DNA from: Pseudothioglobus sp. nBUS_23
GTDB taxonomy: Bacteria > Pseudomonadota > Gammaproteobacteria > PS1 > Pseudothioglobaceae
DNA: 32,000 nucleotides
Direction of reading: 5' to 3'
Assembly: GCF_051201565.1 (NCBI RefSeq)
Contig: NZ_CP179200.1
Location: 540,001 to 572,000 of the forward strand
The notes under the pieces: generated by a model
Database searches by the model: none
What the model was told of the DNA's origin: nothing
The model's input: only the letters and a program-made list of their open reading frames with translations
Part shown: in pieces, positions 12,841 to 21,116 of the stretch
How positions within the stretch are numbered: the stretch's first letter is position 1
Layout: each line of letters opens with the position of its first letter
Made by a program: the position numbers and the translations under genes

Positions 12841-12866
12841 TTTTTTAAATCAGCAAATAAAGCTAC

Positions 12867-14777
12867 TTACTTTTCTTCTTTTACCTCTTCGAAGTCGGCA
12901 TCTACAACGTCTTCACCTGTATCTGCATTGCCCGCTTCAGCAGAGCCTTCTGCACCAGCTTTTTCCTGTGCTTTCTGGGCCAGAACTTGCGCTTTTTCAC
13001 TTAGATTTTGCACTTTAGCATCGATTGCTTCTTTATCGTCACCCTTAATGCTTTCTTCTAACTCAGTAACAGCTCCTTCGATTGCAGTTTTTTCATCTTC
13101 GGAGATTTCGTCTTTTAACTCTTCAAGCGATTGCTTTGTAGAGTGAACAAGAGAGTCAGCCATGTTTCTAGATGAGACAAGCTCCTGGAACTTCTTATCT
13201 TCATCTGCATGAGCTTCTGCATCTTTAATCATTTTGTCAACCTCTTCATCTGATAGTCCACTAGATGATTTAATAGTAATCGATTGCTCCTTGCCAGTAT
13301 TCTTATCCTTGGCAGAGACATTCAAGATGCCGTCTGAATCCAAGTCCAGTGTTACTTCAATCTGAGGTTGGCCTTTTGGAGCCGGCGCAATACCTTCTAG
13401 GTTGAACTGTCCAAGAGACTTGTTTGCACTAGCGACGTCACGTTCACCTTGGAGAACGTGAACTGTAACAGCAGACTGATTGTCTGCAGCAGTTGAGAAA
13501 ATTTGCGACTGATTCGTTGGAATAGTTGTATTTTTCTCAATAAGCTTTGTCATCACACCACCCATAGTTTCAATTCCAAGGGATAAAGGTGTTACGTCAA
13601 GTAGCAATACATCTTTTACATCACCACCAAGAACACCAGCTTGAATAGCTGCGCCCATGGAAACTGCCTCGTCAGGGTTTAGATCTTTCTTAGGCTCTTT
13701 TCCAAAGAAATCTTTAACCATCTGCTGAACTTTTGGCATTCTAGTTTGGCCACCTACGAGAATAATTTCATCAACATCTCCACTTGATAGCCCTGCATCT
13801 TTGAGAGCAGTTTTACATGGATCGATAGAGCGCTTCAAAAGATCTGCTACGAGTGACTCTAGCTTAGATCGAGTCATTTTAATATTAAGATGCTTCGGGC
13901 CAGAGGCATCAGCAGTAATATAAGGCAAACTTATTTCAGTCTGCTCAGAGGATGAAAGCTCAATTTTTGCCTTTTCTGCAGCTTCCTTGAGTCTCTGAAG
14001 AGCCATAGCGTCATTTGCTAGGTCAAGGCCTTGCTCTTTTTTGAATTCATCAACCAAGAAATTAATAATTCTTTGATCAAAATCTTCACCACCCAAGAAT
14101 GTATCACCATTAGTGGAAAGGACTTCAAAGTGCTTTTCTCCATCAATATCCTCCATCTCAATGATAGAGACGTCAAATGTACCACCGCCTAAGTCATAGA
14201 CAGCAACCTTCTTATCACCAGTTGATTTGTCGACTCCATAGGCCAAAGCAGCAGCAGTTGGCTCGTTGATGATTCTTTTAACATCTAGACCAGCGATTTT
14301 TCCAGCATCTTTTGTTGCTTGACGCTGAGAATCATTGAAGTAGGCAGGCACTGTAATGACAGCTTCAGTAACTTCACTTCCCAAGTAATCCTCTGCTGTT
14401 TGCTTCATTTTTTGGATAACCCTTGCAGAAATTTCAGGTGCAGCCATTTTTTTACCCTTGACTTCAACCCATGCATCGCCATTTTTAGCTTTAATTATTT
14501 TATATGGAACCAAGTCGATATCTTTTTGGACAGCCTCCTCTTCGAAGCGGCGACCAATCAGGCGCTTAATAGCATATAGTGTGTTTTCAGGATTAGTTAC
14601 AGCCTGTCTTTTTGCAGGTTGCCCAACCAAGATTTCATCAGAATCTTTCGGATATGCAATAATTGACGGTGTAGTTCTTGCTCCTTCAGAATTTTCAATG
14701 ATCTTAGCAACACCACCATCCATCACAGCGACGCATGAATTAGTTGTACCTAAATCAATTCCAATCATTTTAGACAT
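12867..14777 (-). CDS. dnaK: molecular chaperone DnaK (Hsp70)
   Basis: [22 protein letters not shown]..., [10 protein letters not shown], acidic C-terminus. The ORF track extends to 14837, but ATG 14777 follows an AAGGAG Shine-Dalgarno and gives the canonical N-terminus (636 aa). Confidence 0.97.
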   Translation of the reverse strand: MSKMIGIDLGTTNSCVAVMDGGVAKIIENSEGARTTPSIIAYPKDSDEILVGQPAKRQAVTNPENTLYAIKRLIGRRFEEEAVQKDIDLVPYKIIKAKNGDAWVEVKGKKMAAPEISARVIQKMKQTAEDYLGSEVTEAVITVPAYFNDSQRQATKDAGKIAGLDVKRIINEPTAAALAYGVDKSTGDKKVAVYDLGGGTFDVSIIEMEDIDGEKHFEVLSTNGDTFLGGEDFDQRIINFLVDEFKKEQGLDLANDAMALQRLKEAAEKAKIELSSSEQTEISLPYITADASGPKHLNIKMTRSKLESLVADLLKRSIDPCKTALKDAGLSSGDVDEIILVGGQTRMPKVQQMVKDFFGKEPKKDLNPDEAVSMGAAIQAGVLGGDVKDVLLLDVTPLSLGIETMGGVMTKLIEKNTTIPTNQSQIFSTAADNQSAVTVHVLQGERDVASANKSLGQFNLEGIAPAPKGQPQIEVTLDLDSDGILNVSAKDKNTGKEQSITIKSSSGLSDEEVDKMIKDAEAHADEDKKFQELVSSRNMADSLVHSTKQSLEELKDEISEDEKTAIEGAVTELEESIKGDDKEAIDAKVQNLSEKAQVLAQKAQEKAGAEGSAEAGNADTGEDVVDADFEEVKEEK

Positions 14778-14810
14778 TTCATTTACTCCTTGTTTTTTTG
14801 TATAAACCCT

Positions 14811-14839
14811 ATTTAGGGATACAAAATCCAATTTCAAGG
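14811..14839 (-). promoter_or_regulatory. candidate sigma-32 (heat-shock) promoter for dnaK-dnaJ
   Basis: Minus strand reads CCTTGAAA-N13-CCCTAAAT against the consensus CTTGAAA-N13/14-CCCCATNT. It sits about 35-60 nt upstream of the dnaK ATG in the 73-bp coaD-dnaK gap. Confidence 0.55.
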
Positions 14840-14850
14840 TAATAAGGAAA

Positions 14851-15333
14851 TTATTTTTTTGCTATATCGAGAAGAATTTTTTTAACTTCACCAGGCACAA
14901 AAGGGCTGATATCGCCTCCAAGAAGGAGAATTTCACGAACTAGAGATGAGGAAATGTTGGCAAATTCTTCGGAGGGGGTCATAAATAAGGTCTCAATTTC
15001 AGAATTCAGACGTTTATTCATTCCACTTAATTGAAACTCGTACTCAAAATCAGATACAGCCCTTAAACCCCTGATGATAATTTGCGCGTTGTGTTCTTTG
15101 GCAAAATCAACCAATAGTGAGTTAAAGCTTAGGACTTTGGTGTTTTTAAGGGAACTGATTGAGTTTTCGGCAGCGCTAACTCTTTCTTCTATAGATAGAA
15201 AACTAGATTTGCTAGCATTTTGTGTTATTGCAATAATGACCTCATCAAAAAGTTTAGAGGCTCTCTTTATAAGGTCAATGTGCCCATTAGTTATGGGGTC
15301 AAATGATCCAGGATAGATTGCAATTTTTTTCAT
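14851..15333 (-). CDS. coaD: phosphopantetheine adenylyltransferase
   Basis: [22 protein letters not shown]... (T/HxGH nucleotidyltransferase motif), about 160 aa. ATG 15333 is preferred over the track's TTG 15357. Confidence 0.9.
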   Translation of the reverse strand: MKKIAIYPGSFDPITNGHIDLIKRASKLFDEVIIAITQNASKSSFLSIEERVSAAENSISSLKNTKVLSFNSLLVDFAKEHNAQIIIRGLRAVSDFEYEFQLSGMNKRLNSEIETLFMTPSEEFANISSSLVREILLLGGDISPFVPGEVKKILLDIAKK

Positions 15334-15335
15334 AG

Positions 15336-15926
15336 TTAAACCAAGCTTATCAGACAATAATAGACATTCCCTGATTTTTTTTGTTTTTCAATCGTACAAT
15401 TATACTTTATGTTTGAATTTAAGAGCTCTAGGTCTATCTCAAACTCTGACTCAACGTAAATTTTACTTTTTGAATCTACAAGATTCTGTTTCGAGATTAA
15501 AGACAATGTCAAAGGAATTAATTCTTGGTTAAAGGGAGGGTCTAAGAAAACAAAATCGAAAGGTTGAAGTTGTTCTTTCTCAAGATATTTTAGTGAATCT
15601 TGGTTAATTAGGTCGTAACGATCAGACTCTAAAAGTTTTAGATTAGAGTCAAGTATTTTATGAGTATTGAAGTCTTTTTCAATAAAGCATACCTTTCCAG
15701 AGCCTCTCGAGATTGCCTCAATACCCAAAGCTCCAGTCCCAGCAAATGGATCTAGAATAGTTTTGTTATGAATCTCAAACTGAAGCCAATTAAATAATGT
15801 TTCTCTAGCTTTGCCTGAAGTTGGGCGAAGTCTATCAGAGTCTTTAAAGGAAAATTTTCTTCCTTTCAGACTTCCCGAAATAATTCTAAAGGTGTTTGTT
15901 TTAATAGTTTTCCAATCTGTTTGAAT
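15336..15926 (-). CDS. rsmD: 16S rRNA (guanine966-N2)-methyltransferase RsmD; start codon uncertain
   Basis: The track ORF (15336-15728, TTG start) is only the C-terminal part. The same frame stays open up to 15944 and encodes the conserved N-terminus FRIISGSLKGRKFSF..LRPTSGKARETLFNWL...ILDPFAGTGALGIEAISRG (SAM-binding motif), with FLDPPF downstream. There is no ATG/GTG/TTG in frame upstream of 15728. ATT at 15926 (or 15905) gives an RsmD-like length. Confidence 0.75.
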   Translation of the reverse strand: MQTDWKTIKTNTFRIISGSLKGRKFSFKDSDRLRPTSGKARETLFNWLQFEIHNKTILDPFAGTGALGIEAISRGSGKVCFIEKDFNTHKILDSNLKLLESDRYDLINQDSLKYLEKEQLQPFDFVFLDPPFNQELIPLTLSLISKQNLVDSKSKIYVESEFEIDLELLNSNIKYNCTIEKQKKSGNVYYCLISLV

Positions 15927-15937
15927 ACAAGATAATA

Positions 15938-16996
15938 TTATATTTTAAATATTTTGGATCTCCATCCACTATTTAATAAAGTTGAGTCACTGCCCCTTAT
16001 AAATTTAACAAGTTTTTTAGATGTGCAGATTAATTCAGTTGGTAAATTATGTTCGATTGAAAGATTAGTAATTTGTCTTTTTAACTCATCTTTTCTTATA
16101 AGTTCTTGTTCTGAAAGAGGTTTTGTTGACTTAATTAGGTTTAAATCCTTAAACTCCTGCTTATTCTTCTTTATGAAGCTGTCAAATTGATTCCATTCTT
16201 TAGAGGAAAAATTAATATTTCCAGTTGCATAGTTGATAATTTTTTCATCTGACATGACCCATTTACGAGGCTTGTTTTTTGTCTGGGCTATTGATTCACG
16301 CCATAAAATTAAGTTGATTGCCATATCTCTATGCTTCTTAGAGATTTTCGAAATACCTTTTGTTTTTTTTATGATTTGTTTGAGATTGGGGTTGTAGGTT
16401 TCTTTTTTTAGCAAAAATTGACAATCTTCCTCAGCCCATTCTAACTTTCCATGCTCAATAAGCTCTTTAGAGAGCTTATTAAAGATCGGCATTAAATATT
16501 TAACGTCATCAAGTGCATACTGCAAAACATCAGCTGGAAGTGGACGTTTTTTCCAATCAAATCTTGTAAATTTTTTTTCCAATCTAACATCCTCAAGTGA
16601 TTCGGTGAGGCTTTGATAAGAGATTTGCAATGGATAATTAAGAAAAGATGCGGCAATTTGAGTATCAAAGATCGCACTGGGAATTCGATTAGATAATGAA
16701 TAGAGAGCTTCTATATCCTGTCTAGCAGAGTGAACAATCCACTTAGTTTTTTTGCCATAAAGTTTTACAAATAAAGGCTCAAGATTATCTAGTGACAGTA
16801 CGTCAATACACTCTAGTTTATCTTTCGTAGCAATCTGGATCAAGCATAACTCAGGCAAATAAGAATCAACTCTTCTAAATTCGGTGTCTATAGCAAGAAG
16901 AGCCTCATTCTTAATATGATTTAGGTAAAGACTAAGCTGGTTGTCGGTTTCTATCAAAAGAATTGAAAATGTTGTGTTGTTGTATTTTATCAACAA
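15938..16996 (-). CDS. rnd: ribonuclease D
   Basis: 352 aa. DEDDy 3'-5' exonuclease motifs (LAIDTEF, HSARQDIEAL, YALDDVKYL) followed by an HRDC-like region. Apparent TTG start. Confidence 0.85.
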   Translation of the reverse strand: MLIKYNNTTFSILLIETDNQLSLYLNHIKNEALLAIDTEFRRVDSYLPELCLIQIATKDKLECIDVLSLDNLEPLFVKLYGKKTKWIVHSARQDIEALYSLSNRIPSAIFDTQIAASFLNYPLQISYQSLTESLEDVRLEKKFTRFDWKKRPLPADVLQYALDDVKYLMPIFNKLSKELIEHGKLEWAEEDCQFLLKKETYNPNLKQIIKKTKGISKISKKHRDMAINLILWRESIAQTKNKPRKWVMSDEKIINYATGNINFSSKEWNQFDSFIKKNKQEFKDLNLIKSTKPLSEQELIRKDELKRQITNLSIEHNLPTELICTSKKLVKFIRGSDSTLLNSGWRSKIFKI

Positions 16997-17061
16997 CTTG
17001 TGTTAGAAATAATGCATTTATGAGATAATCGAAATACTTTAATTTTTGGTTAACAAAATTT

Positions 17062-19140
17062 ATGTTGCTTAATCAGGCTTTTTCATTGAAAGAAGCTCCC
17101 CGTGCTTTGTTTTGGATAGGCGTTTTCTTAATTTCGTTTTTTGGGATGTTCTACCTTGGTCTAAATCCAGAATTAATTGAGAAATGGTATCTAGTTTTAG
17201 TTTTATTCAATGTGATTATGAGTGGCGTTGCCATTTTCTACATCACACTCTCAATGAAAAAATTAAAACAAAATACTGAGGAGGGTGTGATTGGCTCAAG
17301 GTTTACCTGGTCTTTTATAAGGATTGTTCCAGTTTTAGTTTTGCTTCCAGTACTATCTTTCTACCTTTTTTCATTTGGCTCAATCAGAGACAACCTTCAA
17401 ATTGCTGAAAATCAGTTTGATGAGTTTAATTTGAAGGTTGGTGGTGAAGTAGATGAGCTCTATCGTAATACAAATAATATTGCAATTAAGTACTTTGAGG
17501 ATCGTATTCGAAATATTGCCAAACTAGTAAATTATTTTGATGCACCTCGAGCCTCTAATGAAAAAATGCAAACTGTTTTAAGTCTTTTAACCAGTGATTT
17601 TTGGGCATGTGAGCTTAAGCTTTATGATAGTGAGATGAATTTAGCTGCATCAAGTAAACGTGCGGACTCCAATTGTTCGGCAGATGGATTTACAGCGTCG
17701 ACAGATGAGTTTACCTTAATCGCTCACTTCGCACCAGACATTAATATTGAGAGCCTAACTTCGAGAATGACACGCTTTCGAGATGCTGCAAAAGATGCCG
17801 AATTGACACTGAACTCATCAATCATTAAAACTCGATTTATGATCGACTTCACCTCAACCATTTTATTGGCAGTTTTGAGCGCATTATTAATTGTTTTAAG
17901 AATGATTGATCAGCTCATGAGGCCGATGCATAACTTATCTATAGCTACAAGAGAGATTTCTGCTGGTAACTATGACGTTGAGATTGAGCGTGACTCAAAG
18001 TTCAAAGATATGCATGATCTCATTGGGCACTTCAATGAGATGAGTAGAAGAATTAAGCTTTCTAGAGAGGGCCTGGATACTCATAATTTATATCTAGAAA
18101 CAATTCTTCAATATTCCTTTGGTGTTATTGCACTCAATGAAAAAAAGAAAATACAGATCATTAACCCAGTAATTGGGAAAATGCTTCAAATAGATGATGT
18201 CTCGAAATATACTTCTGAGCCTTATGATGCAATTGTTAAGGATTATCCAAATCTTAATCCTCTCTTCGATTATATCGATGGCAAGATTGAAAGTGACTCT
18301 CTAGAATGGAATCATGAAATTGAATTATCACTCAATGATAGAAATCGTCTTCTTTATTGCCAAGGGGCTTTTCTTGATATTGAAAAAAAATCTCTTGGTT
18401 ATGTGATTATTATTAATGACATTTCTAAGCTTAACAGAGCTCAAAAGAAGGCGGCTTGGGGTGAGGTTGCTGTTCGCATGGCGCACGAAATTAAAAACCC
18501 GCTGACGCCAATTTTATTGTCTGCAGAGAGGCTTCGTAATTTGTTTCTAGATAAGCTGGATGAAAAAGATTCTCGAGTTATTGATAAAACTACACAAACC
18601 ATAATTGACCAAGTTGCATCTATGGATTCAATGGTGAGCGCCTTTGCAGATTACGCAAATACACCAGAAATTAGAAAAACCTTGTCCTCTTTAAATACTT
18701 TAATTAATAAGTCGGCCTCTCTTTATGATAATCACGATGATGTTAGAGTGGATCTTGATTTAAGTGGTGATTTGCCAAAGATTCAGCTTGACCAAGATGC
18801 AATCTCAAGGGTACTCATTAATCTTATTAAAAACGCAATAGAAGCTAAGAAGGATTCCTCGGCTCTCAATATCAAAATCAAAACACTTTTGAAAGCCAAA
18901 GAGGGGTTGGTTCAAATAACAATTATCGATGATGGCAAAGGATTTCCTGAAGAAATTATTGACCATGTATTTGAACCATACATCACCACCAAAGAGAAGA
19001 GTGGCGGCTTGGGTCTTGCCATTGTTCAAAATATTATTGAGCAGCATGATGGCCAAATATTTGCAAGCAATATCAAGCCTCATGGTGCAAGAATCACTAT
19101 TGAATTGAGTATAATCGAATTTTTAAAGGGGGATAAGTGA
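17062..19140 (+). CDS. ntrY: NtrY-like sensor histidine kinase (TM-HAMP-PAS-HisKA-HATPase)
   Basis: 692 aa. N-terminal TM helices, a second TM plus HAMP-like segment (LMRPMHNLSIATREISAGNYD), a PAS-like region, an H-box VRMAHEIKNPLTPILLSAERLRN that is near-identical in style to NtrY, an N-box LINLIKNAIEA and G-boxes DDGKGF/GGLGLAIV. Confidence 0.85.
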   Translation: MLLNQAFSLKEAPRALFWIGVFLISFFGMFYLGLNPELIEKWYLVLVLFNVIMSGVAIFYITLSMKKLKQNTEEGVIGSRFTWSFIRIVPVLVLLPVLSFYLFSFGSIRDNLQIAENQFDEFNLKVGGEVDELYRNTNNIAIKYFEDRIRNIAKLVNYFDAPRASNEKMQTVLSLLTSDFWACELKLYDSEMNLAASSKRADSNCSADGFTASTDEFTLIAHFAPDINIESLTSRMTRFRDAAKDAELTLNSSIIKTRFMIDFTSTILLAVLSALLIVLRMIDQLMRPMHNLSIATREISAGNYDVEIERDSKFKDMHDLIGHFNEMSRRIKLSREGLDTHNLYLETILQYSFGVIALNEKKKIQIINPVIGKMLQIDDVSKYTSEPYDAIVKDYPNLNPLFDYIDGKIESDSLEWNHEIELSLNDRNRLLYCQGAFLDIEKKSLGYVIIINDISKLNRAQKKAAWGEVAVRMAHEIKNPLTPILLSAERLRNLFLDKLDEKDSRVIDKTTQTIIDQVASMDSMVSAFADYANTPEIRKTLSSLNTLINKSASLYDNHDDVRVDLDLSGDLPKIQLDQDAISRVLINLIKNAIEAKKDSSALNIKIKTLLKAKEGLVQITIIDDGKGFPEEIIDHVFEPYITTKEKSGGLGLAIVQNIIEQHDGQIFASNIKPHGARITIELSIIEFLKGDK

Positions 19141-19712
19141 CTGAAGAGCAAACATTTGGAAAAATCTTGATCATTGATGATGAGAAAGATAATACTGAGA
19201 TTATTAAAGATATTCTTGAGGATGTTAACTATTCAACTATGCTTGCTAGAAGTGCAGCAGAAGCCAAAGTTGTTCTAGCAGCAAATCATTTTGATTTGAT
19301 CCTCATGGATGTTTGGATGCCTGGGCAAGACGGAATTTCCTTGTTGTCAGAGTGGCATTCTGAAGGTCTTGATACGCCAGTTGTTATGATGTCAGGTCAT
19401 GCTGAGCCTAGTGATATAGTTAAGGCTATGAAGTTAGGCGCAGTTGACTTTCTAAAAAAACCTTTGCACGACTTTCTCCCTATATTAAGAAATATAATGA
19501 CTCCAGATGAGTCTGAGCAAGAAACCCAGCATGTTAGTGGAATCAACTATGAATTAAAGCTTAAAGAGGCTAGAAATATTTTTGAGAGTCAATACCTGCT
19601 TCATCACCTGGCTGCTAATGATAATAATATTGCTGTTGTTGCAGAGATTGCTGGCCTTGAGAGAACAACACTCTATAGGAAGCTTAAAGATTTAGGGATA
19701 GATAAAAAATGA
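19137..19712 (+). CDS. ntrX: NtrX-like response regulator, REC + Fis-type HTH only (no AAA+ sigma-54 domain)
   Basis: 191 aa. Receiver residues IIDDE, LILMDVWMPGQDG, VVMMSGH, KLGAVDFLKKP, then about 25 aa of linker, then the HTH_8-like NIAVVAEIAGLERTTLYRKLKDLGI. GTG start overlaps the ntrY stop (GTGA). Confidence 0.8.
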   Translation: MTEEQTFGKILIIDDEKDNTEIIKDILEDVNYSTMLARSAAEAKVVLAANHFDLILMDVWMPGQDGISLLSEWHSEGLDTPVVMMSGHAEPSDIVKAMKLGAVDFLKKPLHDFLPILRNIMTPDESEQETQHVSGINYELKLKEARNIFESQYLLHHLAANDNNIAVVAEIAGLERTTLYRKLKDLGIDKK

Positions 19713-21079
19713 AAATACTCATTTTAGGTGCTGGCCAGGTTGGCTCTACCTTAGCAAGGTATCTCTGTTTAGATGATGATAACGACATCACTATTGTTGA
19801 CCAGAAAGAAGAGATGCTTATACCGCTTCAAAGGCACTTAGATATAAAAACAGTTATTGGCTATGGTGCATATCCAAGTGTTTTAGAAAAAGCAGGTATT
19901 AAGTCCATGGATATGGTTATTGCTGTTATGAATTCTGATGAGAGAAATATGGTGGCATGCCGAATGGCCCATACTTTGTATCATGTTGAGAAAAAAATTG
20001 CAAGAATTAGAACAACTGAGTACCTCTTAAGACCAGAAATTTTTTCAAATGACGCTCTACCAATTGATTTCTTAATTACACCTGAGAACCTAATTACGGA
20101 CTACATTCAAGGCATTGTCGATGAGCCAGGAGCATCTCAAGTGTTTGACTTTGAGAATGGCCTAGTGCAGCTAGTTGAGACTCGTGCTTTTATTGGAACT
20201 CCAATTGTGAATCGACCTATTAAAGAGCTCCAAGAGCACATGCCAGAAGTAAAAATACGCATTGTCAGTCTTTATAGGAATGAAAGAGCTATTCCTGCAA
20301 AAAGTGATACCGTAATCAGAGAGGGTGATCATGTTTATTTTCTTGCAAAGAAAAATGATATTTCAAGAGCCCTTAAGGAGTTCAGAAGGGCAGAAAACAC
20401 TTATCAAAAAATCTTTATTGCGGGCGGAGGTAGTGTTGGCTTAAATGTAGCAAAGCTTCTTGAAGAGAGTCACAATCTAAGGATTATTGAACTTGATGAA
20501 AATAGAGCCAAATATCTCAGTGAAGAGCTTAATAATACTCTTGTCCTTCAAGGTAATGCTTCTGATGAGGATTTATTAAAAGAAGAAGGCATTGAAAATA
20601 CTGATTTATTTTTGGCTTTGACAGACTCTGATGAAGTGAATGTCATTGTTTCAATTCTCGCAAAACGTCTCGGAGCTCATAAAACCATCGCACTAGTCAA
20701 AAGGGATGTTTATGCAAACCTTGCTGAGCAGAGTGGGGATGTGGACATTATTGTCTCACCAGATCAGATTACTGTGAGTGGGATTTTGTCTCACCTAAGA
20801 AAGGGCGATTTTATGCAAGTTCATTCTTTACAGCATGGCAAATCTGAAGCAATAGAAATTGTTGTTCATGGTAACGAAAATACGTCTCAAGTTGTTGGTG
20901 TGTGTGTTAAGGATCTTCCGTTGCCAGAAGGAGTTGTTGTTGGCGCAATAGTTCGAGATGAAGAGTTATTGATGGGGTCAAAAAAATTAGTCATTGAGAG
21001 TGGTGACCACGTTTTAATGGTTCTTATTGATGTAGGCAAAATTCATGAAGTCGAAGCTTTGTTTTTAGAGAATGAATGA
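19709..21079 (+). CDS. trkA: Trk system potassium uptake protein TrkA (tandem RCK/NAD-binding domains)
   Basis: 456 aa with two Rossmann GxGxxG motifs (MKILILGAGQVGSTLA; IFIAGGGSVGLNVA), each followed by an RCK_C-like segment. ATG overlaps the ntrX stop (ATGA). Confidence 0.93.
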   Translation: MKILILGAGQVGSTLARYLCLDDDNDITIVDQKEEMLIPLQRHLDIKTVIGYGAYPSVLEKAGIKSMDMVIAVMNSDERNMVACRMAHTLYHVEKKIARIRTTEYLLRPEIFSNDALPIDFLITPENLITDYIQGIVDEPGASQVFDFENGLVQLVETRAFIGTPIVNRPIKELQEHMPEVKIRIVSLYRNERAIPAKSDTVIREGDHVYFLAKKNDISRALKEFRRAENTYQKIFIAGGGSVGLNVAKLLEESHNLRIIELDENRAKYLSEELNNTLVLQGNASDEDLLKEEGIENTDLFLALTDSDEVNVIVSILAKRLGAHKTIALVKRDVYANLAEQSGDVDIIVSPDQITVSGILSHLRKGDFMQVHSLQHGKSEAIEIVVHGNENTSQVVGVCVKDLPLPEGVVVGAIVRDEELLMGSKKLVIESGDHVLMVLIDVGKIHEVEALFLENE

Positions 21080-21116
21080 TAAATTAATTAGCCCTTCAAT
21101 CAAGGTAGAAATTTAA

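Noticed and set aside
14458-14805. 115-aa and 86-aa plus-strand ORFs antisense to dnaK (also 12928-13146)
   Set aside because: Long antisense open frames are a known codon-bias artefact in hsp70 genes, and the translations have no recognisable features.
14778-14837. 20-aa N-terminal extension of dnaK in the ORF track ([20 protein letters not shown])
   Set aside because: The canonical DnaK N-terminus starts at ATG 14777 behind an AAGGAG RBS, and the extension overlaps the putative sigma-32 promoter.
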